This document shows, in pieces, positions 25,912 to 38,884 of a DNA stretch of 64,000 nt (positions are counted from its first letter, which is position 1; every line of letters starts with the position of its first letter). The notes beneath the pieces were generated by a model. It saw only the letters and a list, made by a program, of their open reading frames with translations. It made no database searches and was not told where the DNA came from. The DNA is from Azolla caroliniana. Its lineage: Eukaryota; Plantae; Polypodiophyta. Position numbers and translations under genes: made by a program. Location of the stretch: positions 17,112,001 through 17,176,000 of the forward strand of contig JBHGNT010000011.1 in the NCBI GenBank assembly GCA_043228905.1. Direction: 5' to 3'.

Positions 25912-26806
25912 TGTCGTGAAGATTTTCGGCAATAGTGTGAAAATCCCATAAAACGTACGAAATCGAGTATAAATCACATAGTACAATAATTGTGAAGATA
26001 ACATTTTAAATAGATTTAATATCTAAGTACAAAATGATGGAGGTTTCGAATGCACTTTATTACACGAGAAACGGACAACTAAATGTCAAGATATGAGGGT
26101 ATAAAGTTTGTGAAAGGAAAAGAGAAAATTGTGAGATATCCCACATAGGCACGACAAATACAGCTCTCATCATATATAAGGTGGAGCAAAAGATATTATC
26201 TTTGTGTCTATGTGTGGAGCATAGAGAGTTCAAGGTAACTTGAACTAAGAGTGGAGGTGGGCTAGCTACTCGTAAAGGGTCAAGGAGGGCAAGTAAGGAT
26301 TCGAACCTTACACCTCCAATTTAGGAGTCAATTGGCTTACCATTAAGCCATGTTATTTAGTTGAAATTATATTTCTATCATTGTACTTTTACATGTAAAT
26401 TCTCATACATGAGAGCTAAAATGAGTGACATGGTTATCATGCACCACATGTAATACATAAGCGCCAAATGGCAAACATGCAATTTATGCATGTCTTGTAC
26501 CCTCACATACATCATATGCATGAGAGCATCTATAAAAGAGGGAAGGGGGAGGAGAAAAGACACGGGTTTTTTTTATGAAAATTAAGAGGAAGAAATTCGT
26601 TATCAAATTGATCGTGTAACTTGCTTCTTAAATCTAAAGTTAAAAGTTCAATCAATCTCTCTCAATCGTGTAATCTCAACTTCTCTCTTTCCCAATCTAT
26701 CTTAAGTACTTTCTCGCCAAAGCTTGTATCGACTCTAAATCCTTCTGGTCCAGAACCCCGGCGGTTCCGCTTCACGATCCGCGCGTAGTGACGGATCTTC
26801 ACGACA
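25912..26806 (+). mobile_element. Solo-LTR-like element (895 bp)
   Basis: Perfect 11-bp inverted termini TGTCGTGAAGA...TCTTCACGACA and TATAAAA at ~26531. Flanks TTCGA/CCGTT do not form a TSD. Confidence 0.7.
26287..26358 (-). other. tRNA-like sequence with Pol III A and B boxes (degenerate; not a functional tRNA)
   Basis: The minus strand reads TGGCTTAATGG (A box)...CCAATT-gactccta-AATTGG...TAAGG-TTCGAAT-CCTTA (T arm/B box). The acceptor stem does not pair. Confidence 0.65.
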
Positions 26807-28194
26807 CCGTTATCCCTTATGCCCAAGAGAATAAGAAACTACCAATATGTATTGCCAAGGCCACATTTCCTCTTCGCAATAAAGTTTGTCTCCATATATG
26901 CATAGCTTGTTCAGTAATTATGAGTTCTGTAAATAATTCCGATGGAATCCTTATTCTCCCTTGTTGCTTACGTTTTTTCCAATCATTAACTTGTAATGCC
27001 AACACTCCCTCCTATCTCTGCAGATAAATCATCAACATAAATCCTATCAATTCTTGATAGATTTGCCCCATTTAATCTTCTATCAAACCTAGAAAACGTT
27101 AAAGAATTATGCAATTTTCCAAAGGTAAATACCAGGCATCCAACAACCTTCTACTTATAATAAATTTTTCCCATGTTGATAATCCTAAACCATGCACTGT
27201 TACTCCATCTTCACCACTCCTATCCTCAGGATTCTCAATCATATTAAAGTCTCCTGCTACACACTAATGATCTACAATTGGCAATGAACTATCTAACTCA
27301 ATCCACATCTTTAATCGTTCTCTAGAGGAATTAGGAGCATACAAATTCAGAAAGCCAACCTTTTTATTATGAAATTCCATGTTAACATATTGTGTTGTTC
27401 CTAACAACAAATTTCCTACATCCAACATCGTTACTTGCCATATATCCCGAATAGCCATACATAATCCACCTTGAAGTTGAGTTGGGGAGAAATGGGATAA
27501 CTACACGATAAGTCGATTCTAGAAATATCCTTTAACCTATATACATACATTAATTGGGTATATTAAGTGAAATAATAACATGGTGGGATTCGAGTAGAGG
27601 TAGAAAATAAAAGGAACGAACTTTGCAATGGAAGGTGGGAGAAACATTGTGCTAGTCCCCATTCAATATTGGTATTACGAGGCTATTCTTCGACAAAAAA
27701 AAGATGAATAAACCCCCCTCGGTGAAGGAAATGATTCCCACAAATGTAAGGGGAAGAACCATCAAATTTTCATGGTTCATTTCCACAACATAACTCTTAC
27801 AATGGATTGTGGGATTTCTTTTAAGATTTAATAAAAATGCTCACAATAAAAGAGAAAGATATGTCAACTTCAAAAGTCAATAGATTGAAATGAAGGTAAC
27901 TATGTGAAATGTTAAAGCCTAAAGGCATTATATCCCACAACAAGATGTATTAGGTGTGGGATACAATAACGTGGAATCAATGGGACATGTTATGTGTGGT
28001 AGAACTTAAGGATTAGTTTCGTGTATGAAGAGATATCATCTCATTTATGCATTGATAAATCCAAGTCAATATTCTAGTGTGTTGATAATAATAAAGGATA
28101 AGTAGCATACACGAGTATATTCTAATGAATGACCAACATGGAAGATATATTGTAGTTGATATTTTGTTTGAAAAACATTCATTATTGATAGTTT

Positions 28195-28227
<33 letters not shown>

Positions 28228-28329
28228 AGAGTGTGTGTACATATATAAACTATAGCGAGGAAATAAATTGTGCTACGTCAATCTTTTGCATTTGGGGTGG
28301 GATGACCAAGACTATTTAATACAGGTGTT

Positions 28330-30300
28330 TAATTCCTTTTGTGAATCAGGCCAACAAACAATTTCAAACCAATCACACTAATGGACACCCTAGAGTTGCA
28401 GGCTTGAGAGAAGCTAAAGCTAAAGTTTTGTAAAGGAATATTTAGAAGTGGATTCACCAAAAAGGTATTGGTTATACGTTTCAATAAGGTCAATTGAGGA
28501 TGATGTGGAGTAGACTTGATAGTATGTATATAATGCATGATGACAAACTATTGCCAGAGATAACAATATATGCTTCTTGTCTTGCAATTAGAGTGGCTCA
28601 TACCATGTCCTTGTAGTGTTTGAATTTAGACAACATTCTACTAAACAATTCAAGCACGTAACAAGATAAGCTCATCTCATCATTCCTTTCATGATATTTG
28701 AATATTAGATATGTCAAATGAACAAAAGGGGAATGACAAATGTACATAAAACCACGTATCTTTGTTAAAAATGTTGGGAATGTATTTACTAGAATGTTTG
28801 GCTTTGATTGTATAACAATTAACTAATGGCAATGATACAAACACTCAATATGCATCTACTCGTGGGGTTAGGAATCATATAATAGTAGATGATACTCGTG
28901 GGAACATATTTACTCATGGGGTTATAGAGCTTAAGAACCTCTAGGCACTTACTATGTTGTGTCAATAAGTTTGGAGTTTGGGCATAGGCCTAATTCATGG
29001 AAATTTTGTTTAATTACACTATTATCAAAGGCCCCATCACCCTTTTCCTTTATTAAATGGAGATTTATTTCTTTAATGGGGGAATGTATAAGGTTATTGC
29101 CAATATGTTGCAAAAATGTTTGCCTAAATTTTGATCTTGATATAATTAGATGTTGAGAAAGCAATGGCACAATGTGAATTGGCAATGCCACCCAACCCAT
29201 CCCACTTCGTAAATCACTAAGAAGGATGCCCATCGAGTCCATTACTTTTTGTGGTTGTAACTCATCTCGCTTCTTTTGTGCCTTACAATTAGAGTGGTTC
29301 ATACCACTTTCTAGTAGCGTTTGAATTTAGGTAGCATTCTATTGAACAACTCAAGCACGTAGCAAGATAAGCTCAATAGATCATTTGTTTCACGAGGTTT
29401 GAGTATTAGATATAATGTCCAATGAATGGATTCTGAAGAGGAAGGGCAATGTGCACAAAACCATGTATCTTCATTAAAAATGTTGAGATTATTAGAATGT
29501 TTGGATCTGGTTGTATAACTAATGGCAATGATACAAACACTCAATATACATTTATGTGTGGCCAATCCTTGATAGAAGAAAAAGACAATGTCGTGTGCAT
29601 TTCAAAATAGGTGTGGTTGTTTTTTTGACGATTCCTAAGCATCATGATCATTTACTCAAAGAAGGAGAATCCTTAAGGATCTCTATCCTTGATATGTTGA
29701 AAGTGGGCATTTGTCGAGCAAATATTGCGAATGTCTTGATGATATTTTGCCCTCTAATTGCATGAATTCAACGAGAGTTAAGTTGTTCTTTGAGTACACC
29801 AATTGGTTATGGGGAATGTGATGGATTGAATATTGATTGACGCTAACCATCATGTTTATTGGATTATTGTCTTTAATCCACGCAACATGCAACTCAACTT
29901 ATGGGGAATTTACCAAAATACTACTAGCAAATTTGCCCGCTATTCAAAAACATCTCACCTTCTCTATTTTTACGCAAATTATAAATATAGAAATCAAATC
30001 ATTTTTAGCCACACATGTCCTTTCATTGTTTGCTTGTTTGGTAGAACAATACTCAATGTTCCGTAAATTGCTTTCTTAATTTTGAGCAAGATATCACATT
30101 CTTGTTTTGAACCTAGTATTAGTTTATTTTGTTTCGGGGGCTTCAAAACAACAACTTTTATACTATGTGCCAAAATTCCCATGTGCCAGCATTTGATGTG
30201 CTTGTTGCATCTAGTAAAACAAGTTTTTTTCATGAAATAATATCCTCCATTGGTATTAAAAGTAAAGTGGCTAGAGGCAATATACAAAGTAGTGCAATAC
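28330..30300 (-). mobile_element. Highly degenerate Copia-like RT/RNase H remnant with an internal duplication
   Basis: LLKIKKAIYG resembles CKLKKSLYG and SYTTRSKH resembles the TRPD region. ~28585-28855 and ~29285-29555 are diverged direct copies. Confidence 0.4.
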
Positions 30301-31751
30301 TACATCGTTCGGCACATAAACCCTAAACCCTAACCCCCCCCCCCCCCCCCCCCCGGAAAAATGCTTAAAACTAGTACTGAGACAAACATGGATAGCGTCC
30401 AAAACCTTATAAATGTGGTGTACTTGTTTAAAGTGTATTCAGAGTAAAATTGGTGTCATGGTAAGATGTTAATGAGAAGAGTGGCAATTTTCAATTCAAG
30501 CAAACCAAAACCTGTTTATTTCATCTATGGAAGCAAAGATGTATATTTTTGTTCCATTACATTTATATAAACCTTACATTAACATTCTCAAACTTTACCA
30601 ATTACTCTAAATTTACTTTGACCATAATAGTATACATATATGTATGTGTTGTTCAAGTACACTAAAAATTTAATAATTTCCCATTGTCGAGAAAAGCCCT
30701 ATTTCACCTAATGGAAATCATTTCAGACATGTATACAGACACACATTGTAGAACAATGGCTAATCATACTAGTGTTACATGGTAGATCAACCCCAAATTT
30801 TATATTATCATAAGTATATATCCAAATATATACCAGGTGATGAACTAGAGTACAAAAGTTGCTTATGCTAGGGTGTTCTCACCTCTCCACCTAGCTTATT
30901 AGTTGAGGTATTTTAATGAAACCAATTATAGTTTCACATATCTAAAACTCTCAATTTATTGCAAGTATTGTTAAACACGTCAATTAAGCAATTTTAAGTT
31001 TTCCTCGGTGTGATTTAGAAACTATTGTGACGTACAATGATAAACTTATGTTGGGAAATATTTTAAGGCTTCTTCTTATCTACACATCACAAGTATTATG
31101 TGTGTTGTATAAACATATTCTTATTCTACTCTCAGTTTTTTCCCAACTACCTTCAACCATATATTGGCAAAAGGCAAACAAGGTGACTTTAAAGCAAGAC
31201 TAGCTAATATAAAGGTAACTCCTTTTGTGCACAAGGTGTCTACAAAGCGCATTTACTACAGTTGTCAGTTTGATTTCAATTGTGAGAACGACTGAATCAA
31301 TTTTCATTTCACAACTTATGTACATGTTATAGCCTATAACATCAATGTTTCTAGTGGTTCTCTCTCACTCTCACACAGACAATCTCTCCTTCGAGCCTTT
31401 TTCTTGTGCTTTTTTCCCTTGCTTAGTAAGCGTCGTGCATATATTAAAATATCATGCCAATGCAATAAATCCATGTGGTTCCTGTTATAGTGATGACCCT
31501 ATCTCAAGGTAGTCAAATTGATAAGGTGTTGTGAGACTAGCTGACATAAAGACAAATCTTTTTTTGAGGACAAATGCCCATCAAGGTCGTCCATTAGATA
31601 ATATGTGGTAAGATTAGTTGACATAAAGGTAATTCCTTTTTGACAAGAATGGCTTGTAGAGCTAAAATGCAAGAACCAGCAAAGCAAAATTGTTTCATAG
31701 TGTGCATACATGTCAGTGATGGTTCTGGTTATGGTTCTTGTTTGCTCAATT

Positions 31752-32708
31752 GTCTTTTAGCATTATCAATGAGGAACTAGCTAAGCAAATGGAGTATATC
31801 ATCAAATTTCAATAAACTTGATTAAAGGAGCATGCATGAATTGTTTAATTTAATTTAAATAGCTTATTGCCGTTTAGTTAACCCAATGTAATAATGTTTC
31901 ATGAATTTAAGATTTCTTAACTTGTCAAGCTATTGTTGATTTTTCAAAATAACTTAATTATGTGGCATGAGTTAGGGTTCGTATAACAATAACAAACTTT
32001 GGTCAATAATATAATAATTTAAGCTATCTAGATTTTTTATTTCTTAACTAGTGGTAGTATTGGAATCTCTTAAGATACAACGGGAAGTTTATGTAAGAGA
32101 TATGGTTTACAACAAGGTTTAATTAAGTACGACCATGAGGTATCAACCACCATCATTTGCTAATAACATATTTTTTTGCTTTCTAGTATTTTATTTAGTT
32201 ATGGACTAAGGGTAGAATTGGATACAAACCACCCTTTCTAATATTCAGATGCAATTTGGATCTTCTACACAAAAGTCGATGGGTGTATTCATTCCCATGG
32301 ATGTTTTGATTGGAGTAAGAGCCTATGTTGGGGAAGAAGCTTGTATGACCGTTGATGTGTAAGATGATGGTAGGTTAACTTTCACACATAAGGAAACTAG
32401 ATTGTTTAGTTTTTGTTTGCATAAAGAAGTGAGGGTGATCACAAATGATGGATCAAATTTAGTTTTTGTTATTGTTATACGAACCTAACTCATGCCACAC
32501 AATTAAGTTATTTTGAAAAATCAACAATAGCTTGACAAGTTAAGAAATCTTAAATTCATGAAACATTATTACATTGGGTTAACTAAATGGCAATAAGCTA
32601 TTTAAATTAAATTAAACAATTCATGCATGCTCCTTTAATCAAGTTTATTGAAATTTGATGATATACTCCATTTGCTTAGCTAGTTCCTCATTGATAATGC
32701 TAAAAGAC
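31752..32708. repeat. Near-perfect inverted repeat; arms 31752-31996 and 32465-32708, spacer ~470 bp
   Basis: The arms are reverse complements with about 2 substitutions and one 1-bp indel. Confidence 0.95.
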
Positions 32709-34137
32709 TTTTTTTCTTCTTTTTTTTCCAAAAAAAATACTACTTCCATTAGTTATAAAATTCTACAAATGAGATTAGTATATACAAATCCCTGTAGGGA
32801 CATGATAGGTCCATCTTATGTGGATGCCCACTGACTCAATAAAGGGGGAGGACGACCATTGTTAGATGAAGGCTAGTCATTGTCTTTCAACTCCATCGGA
32901 GTCACCCTTGAGGCCATCATATTGGCTCTTTAGAGTGGCTACCACTTCACTTCCATATCTCTTGCATTAATACTATTGGTTGCACGATTTGGTTGGAGAA
33001 GACTCGTCTACACCGTTGTTTCCATCATAGTACGTAAAATTTGTGTTCGTCTACTATATCATTCGTTTTCCTATGTTGGAAAATGAACATGAATGATATT
33101 CAAATATTTGTGTGTTTTTTGTTTTTTTTTTTTTTCCTTTTTTTCCTTTTTTTTCCCTTTTTTACCCTTTTTTTTTGTTTTTTACCTCTTTTCCCCCCTT
33201 TTCCTCTGCACATCAATGCTACGCTTTGCTCTCCTCCCCTTTTCCCCCTTTTCCTTGAACGATCTGTTGCTTGCATTGTGCACACTAGTCAATAGCGAGT
33301 CAATGACCACATCTTCTCCCGGCCATTACTTTCTGTAATTTTTCACTAATTTCTATACTTTTTTCGTAATTTTTGTAATTTCTCTATAATTTTTGTAATT
33401 TTTTGTAATTTTGTTGTAATTTCCGTAATTTCTCTATAATTTCCGTAATTTCTCTATAATTTCTGTAATTTTGTTGTAATTTCTGTTATTAAGAAGGTAA
33501 TGTTTTTTTTTTGCAATTTTTAAAAAAAAAATTACCTTGAAAAAATATTTACCTTATAGTAAATAATTTATCCAAAAGTATGGTATTTATCATTCTTCGA
33601 GAGTGTTTACCCTTCTCGAATGATTGAATCATTCTCGAGCACGAATGGTACGCATGGTTCATACTATGGTTTCCATAGAATCCAAAGGGTTATTGGGCTA
33701 ACCAATTCCAACACAACTTGAGATTTGGCATTGATAGGAGTTGAGTGGACATTGTCGATGGTGGATAAAAAAACCTCTTGTGCTTTTATAACCAAAGTCA
33801 TTCCCTCTTCCTGATTCTCATATTTGTCAACTAGGGCCTACCATGATAGCCAACATACATTCCCCCACTTGATTGAGCCTTGCACCTGGCATAATTGCAA
33901 TAAGTGGCCACCCCCCCCCCCCCCCCCCCCCCCCGGCATATTTGATGGGACTCTGGCTAGTCCCATAGAGCGTGTCGTATTGATTGAGCAAGCAAGAATC
34001 ATAACCAGAACCATCATTGACATGTATGCACACTATGAAACAATTTTGCTTTGCCGGCTCTCAAATTTTAGCTCTACAAGCCATTCTCGTCAAAAGGAAT
34101 TACCTTTATGTCAACTAATCTTACAACATATTATCTA
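32709..34137 (-). mobile_element. L1 3' fragment with A-rich tail
   Basis: After removing the MITE, the minus strand reads ITLWILWKQRCRRVFSNQIVQPIVLMQEIWK...LKSQYDGLKGD, similar to ORF 38892-39416. A T-run lies at 32709-32727. Confidence 0.7.
33026..33668. mobile_element. hAT-type MITE (643 bp)
   Basis: Termini CATAGTA...TACTATG with a perfect 8-bp TSD GTTTCCAT at 33018-33025 and 33669-33676. The interior has low-complexity T-rich and GTAATTT repeats. Confidence 0.88.
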
Positions 34138-35141
34138 GTGAGGGTGATCACAAATGATGAGGGTGACCACAAAAGGTGAATTCTTTTGGAGGATTGGGAT
34201 TCTGAAAAGAAGACCAATATCTAAATTAACTTGGGATCATGGGGAACTATATTGGAAGGTGTGAGTTCAAGATCATATAAAACATGTGCCTTTTTTTCAA
34301 TATATTTGTGAAGATTGGTAGGAAAACATCAGGGGCTAGATCATGGAAAGAATCAACCACAAATGTTTTCTAGAGGCAAAATGGATTTCCTCCACAACAT
34401 CTCAAACAATTTTGGAAATGGTTGTGGGGCATAAAAATGAGTAGTAAAATTGTTTGTTTCCATTGGTTGTTGGTTCATAGAGCTATACCAGTTAATGGTT
34501 GGCGAAAGGGGAACGTAGACAATATGTGCCCTTTTTGTACGGATCTAGTAGAGACCGGTAAACATTGTTTGTGGAGTTGTAGTTTTGCGATGAAAACATG
34601 GAAAAGATTCATAACATTATTGATACCAGTATATCCTTGAGCAATGTATACATGGGCAACGGTATTATTGGCGGTAGTACAAGATAAACCAATGGTATAT
34701 GAAGAAGAGGAGGTTGCAAATACTATTGCTATGAGACATGGTTTGATGCAAAAAATCATCGATACCTTTGAATCCACAAATAGAGGCAGATAAACCTTAA
34801 ATATGACAATTGGTAAATAGTATCACAATTTGGTATATTTAAGGCTCGATGTTTGAAGGTATTTCAAAATGTGACTAAAAGACTTGTCCAAATAAATTAT
34901 GGGATTTGGACATAGATTGTGCTTAATCTCAAAGGTTCTTTGGATAATATAAAAGGTAAGACGCAACAAGTAGAGCTCAATCGATTGGAGTTTCATGCCA
35001 CCTAGAACATAGGCATATTTATAGACAGATTTTTGATAAGGTGGAATGGTTCTACTCTACATCGAAGTATAGTTGATGGTTAGAATTTAGAAAAGGGGCT
35101 CATTACTTAAAGGTACATCTTGTATGTATTGGAGATAAATT

Positions 35142-35812
35142 CATAGAACGTAGTAAACGTGTTCGTGCAAGCATACAAACGTTTGGAGACAAACACGTTT
35201 GAAAAGGGAAAAAATTTGTTCATTTTTTGTTGGTAGAAATTAGGTCATCCTAGAGGTAAGTTGTTATGTTACTACTGCTTATGTGTTGGGTTCGATTCCC
35301 AATTTTCTCACCACTCTCTCTCACTCTCATTAGTGTCATGTCATAGTAAACTTTTATGTTAGTGTGATGTTTTCTTCATATTCTCGAATATATGTTTGAT
35401 TATAATTTATAATGACATATTTTGACTTAATCTCTATAGTTCATACTCTTTTTTTTTTGTTAAGTTCTAAAGTGAAGAAATTGATACCTTCACTAGTTGC
35501 AAGATGAGAACACTGATAATTGCAAGATGAACTCATCATCAATACAATTATGTCTTTGAACTATTTGATTTTATGTTCGTGCTTTCTAATGTTTAGTAGT
35601 TAAGTAATTCTTATGTTTTGGACTTTCAATTGGATTGACATTGGATTCAATCAATGTATAATATAAACCATAGTCATTTTTTGAAATCCCAATCTTTATT
35701 TATTTTTTCCAACTTATAAATCCAATTCAACTATGAGATAATTTACCATACACGTTTGATTGAATCATTCTCGAATGCGAATGCGCGTATGGTACATATG
35801 GTTCATTCTATG
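35142..35812. mobile_element. Older MITE related to 33026-33668
   Basis: Termini CATAGAA...TTCTATG and the shared subterminal TGATTGAATCATTCTCGA. Flanks GAGATAAATT/GAGATAAT form an imperfect TSD. Confidence 0.6.
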
Positions 35813-36040
35813 GAGATAATGGATATGCTACATCAATGTCATGAAAGACAATATATAGCTCATTGATACACTAGAGGTCAAGGAGGGTATCGTTTGCTTA
35901 ATAGAAATGATGAAGTTGTCATGTATAAAAGTGTGCTAAAGGTGCATCCCATTAGCAGTAACAATAGGGGAAATAAGGGAATCCAATGTTATTATGACTC
36001 TGAAGCATTGTGTGTGTGTGTGTGGGGGGGGGGGGGGTAA

Positions 36041-36870
36041 TCTAATGTTTGTGGAGGAAAAATTCAAGGTAGTTGGAAATGTGGTCTAGTGTGTCTTGGC
36101 ACTTGCTATCATATCCTTTTATTTTCATCACCTTTTGTCTTTGCTCCATCACATGTAGATACCATTATCCATGTATGTTGGGAATAGATCTTTTGTATAT
36201 TGGGAACTATGTCAACACCATGCCCATGTAATCATTGTACGAAGGTATGCTACATTATTGTTCTTCTTTGGTATTTGAGTCATTAAGATGCAAACTACAT
36301 ATCTTTGCTCGTCTAGCATTGCTAATCTTTCTTGTGGCATTACTAGTAAATTTAAAATATGAATTAACGAAATACCGTAAAAGGTATAAACTCTCATACA
36401 TTTCTATCACATGTTGAATCTAAAACATGTGAAGAAATTTAAGTTTTCATCAATTACGTTAGTATCAAAAGCCACAAATTATACGAGAAGGTAAACAGTA
36501 TTGATTATCAAAATATGTATACACAAAAGTGGCCTATAGCCAAAGCTAATATAGGGAGTTGGGGGAATTTACACTTAGAAACTTCAACTACCATAAATGA
36601 GTGGCTTAATTTTGCACAACGTGATCCATTGAGGGCTTGAAAGCTTTGTAACCTACTTTGATTGTAGTATGGTGAAACATGAGAGTATGCCTTGGAGCAT
36701 GTGGAAAGAGGCTAGTGTATTATCCAATGTTTGTGGAGTGAAAATTCAAGGTAGTTGGAAATGTGGTCTAGTCCGTCTTGCTATCATATCCATCTAATTT
36801 CATTACCTTTTGCCTTTGCTTCATCACATGTAGATACCTTGTATTTTGGGAACAATGTCAACACCATGCC
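36041..36870. repeat. Diverged direct duplication within a probable Copia-like remnant
   Basis: aatgtttgtggag...aattcaaggtagttggaaatgtggtctagt...gtcaacaccatgcc occurs at ~36041-36224 and ~36724-36870. A weak TRPH motif is present on the minus strand. Confidence 0.6.
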
Positions 36871-38884
36871 AACATAGTTTGATTCATGACTAGCTTCATA
36901 ACATACCCATCGTGCCATCGACATTCATTGTTTATGCGAGAAGATAGCCATAGGCCATTGAGCATAGAGAAGTCTATGGATTTTTCTAGCAGAGGGTTTC
37001 TACTCCATCCCCGAGGTCCCATATATGTGTGCAAATTGTATCTAGGGATGAGTTATTTAACACTTATGACACATGATTCTCTGATGGATTCCAAATACTA
37101 GCTATATAAGAAAATTTGTAAGAATGTTTCAACTTTTCAACCTCTCAAACCGACCATTGATGGAATTGCATTGGTAAGTTGTGATCTCGCCAACTATAAG
37201 CAAAGGTAACAAGGAGAACATGTTATACATCATTCACTACCTTTGACACAAATGAAGAGGGAATGTTATATTCAATGTAATGCCATCTTAATGTTGCCGC
37301 ATTAGATTTGCTCAAAGATTGTGAATAAGTTTGAAGTAAGAAGCACCATGCATCTTGGTGGTCGATGGCATATGAAAGAACCTCACCTATTGGATTTGTT
37401 GTTATGGTTTTAGGCACGTCTGCGTTGGGATTGGAGTTGATAGGTATGTGCCACACCATTAATGCTAGTGTTTTGGGAAGTGTGAAGACAAATATATTGC
37501 TTTCACATAGGTGGAGCTCAAAGATGATAAAACTTGGTCTATTAAAAATTGATATGTAAAGCATTCATCCTTACATCAATTGGCACAATTAAAGTCCAAG
37601 ACCTCATGATAACATTAGGTATCAAATCTACCTTTGCCGCTCAAGAGTTTGAAGTATTTGTGCATATACTCTAGAGAATCTCTTAGAAGAACTATAGTGT
37701 GCCATGTGAGTGGTGTTTGCTATGATGCCTTCTTCCCCATCATTGGAAGTTGGAACCCACATCATGTGCATGAAACATATTCGATGCCCTTATTCCTTCA
37801 CCAATTTGTACTAGATGATGAACATCAATGATGTACAATGTTGGTGAGGGTAGGTCACTACTATTTACAAAACATAACCAAAGGGCATGCTCATTAATGT
37901 TAGAAAGGGACTAACATGATTGGATAGAGTTAATGATAGGTGCATGCACTATCGTGATCTTGACAACCAATGAATGGGCTGTCAGAAGAAGTATAAGATA
38001 TGCGGCCTAGCTACCATCATAAGACAAATTACATTAGAAGGTTGATGTCTTAAGGCACCAATGGTGGGGGCTAGGCTTTCAGTGCGAAGAGTGTGTTACC
38101 TCTTTCGAGGTACTACTCATCCTAATATTTGTTGGTATGGGACATCGATGGTAGGTTGGCTATGTCGTGACCATAGCTCAACGATGGTCGGGAGGATTAG
38201 GTTCTTCTATCATTATATTCACTTTTCTTTAACTTTTATTTGGTTTAGTGATTAATAAGAGGTTCTTAGCAAATGTGAATATGAAAGGATGCTTGTGTTG
38301 ATTCACACGAACGAAATATCAAGCTAGCAACCTCGAAGTATTTGACTAGTTGCAACGTATTCCCTCCTTGGATGCAAAACCGCATAACATTTACCATGTA
38401 GGGTCTAGTGGTCTTCAAAATACTTTTGAAAATGTCAATGTCAACCATATCTTGATTCTCTTCTTGAGTGCATCCAAACTATTTTGTTTAGTAGACAAAT
38501 GATGAGCCAATAGATATGGGCCCATCAATTGATTATGATATCACGTCAATAGGTATGAGACCATACGATGTTCCTGCTTTTATCACTACAATCAACGTGA
38601 CATAACGTTCACAACAACCATCATTAATGACAATATGGAATAGAGTTGTCAAAACCAAGTACCATCCATTCCACATCTTGCATACCCATGTGTTTATCTG
38701 TCAAGAGGATGCATGTTAGTGGCCATTGAAATCAATTGGAACCATGAGAAGAGGGAGAAATCATCATCATGCTCATCCTTGCAATAATGCACACATATTT
38801 TTTACAAGGTTGTATTACTCCATGTTACTTATTGATTTCTCACAATGGTCTATTCTCTATCCTCTACAAATCTATTGGTTAGAT

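Larger units (their letters stand above)
25686..27490 (-). mobile_element. L1-clade LINE ORF2 fragment (APE endonuclease region), interrupted by an LTR-like unit
   Basis: GGLCMAI, NLYAPN, AGDFNMIE, LSRIDRIYV, then KWTQVGDKVNKMFF. Confidence 0.85.
32030..35070 (+). mobile_element. Degenerate L1 ORF2 3' fragment split by the 32451-34137 insertion
   Basis: zf-RVT-like KIVCFHWLLVHRAIPV...CPFC...ETGKHCLWSC at 34422-34640. The 22-bp GTGAGGGTGATCACAAATGATG is duplicated at the breakpoints. The left limit is approximate. Confidence 0.7.

Noticed and set aside
26287-26358. Functional tRNA-Arg(CCT) gene
   Set aside because: The acceptor stem does not pair and the anticodon loop is 8 nt; kept only as tRNA-like.
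30318-30354. Interstitial telomere or healing site (CCCTAAA x2 plus poly-C)
   Set aside because: Only two units, and such teloboxes are common throughout the window.
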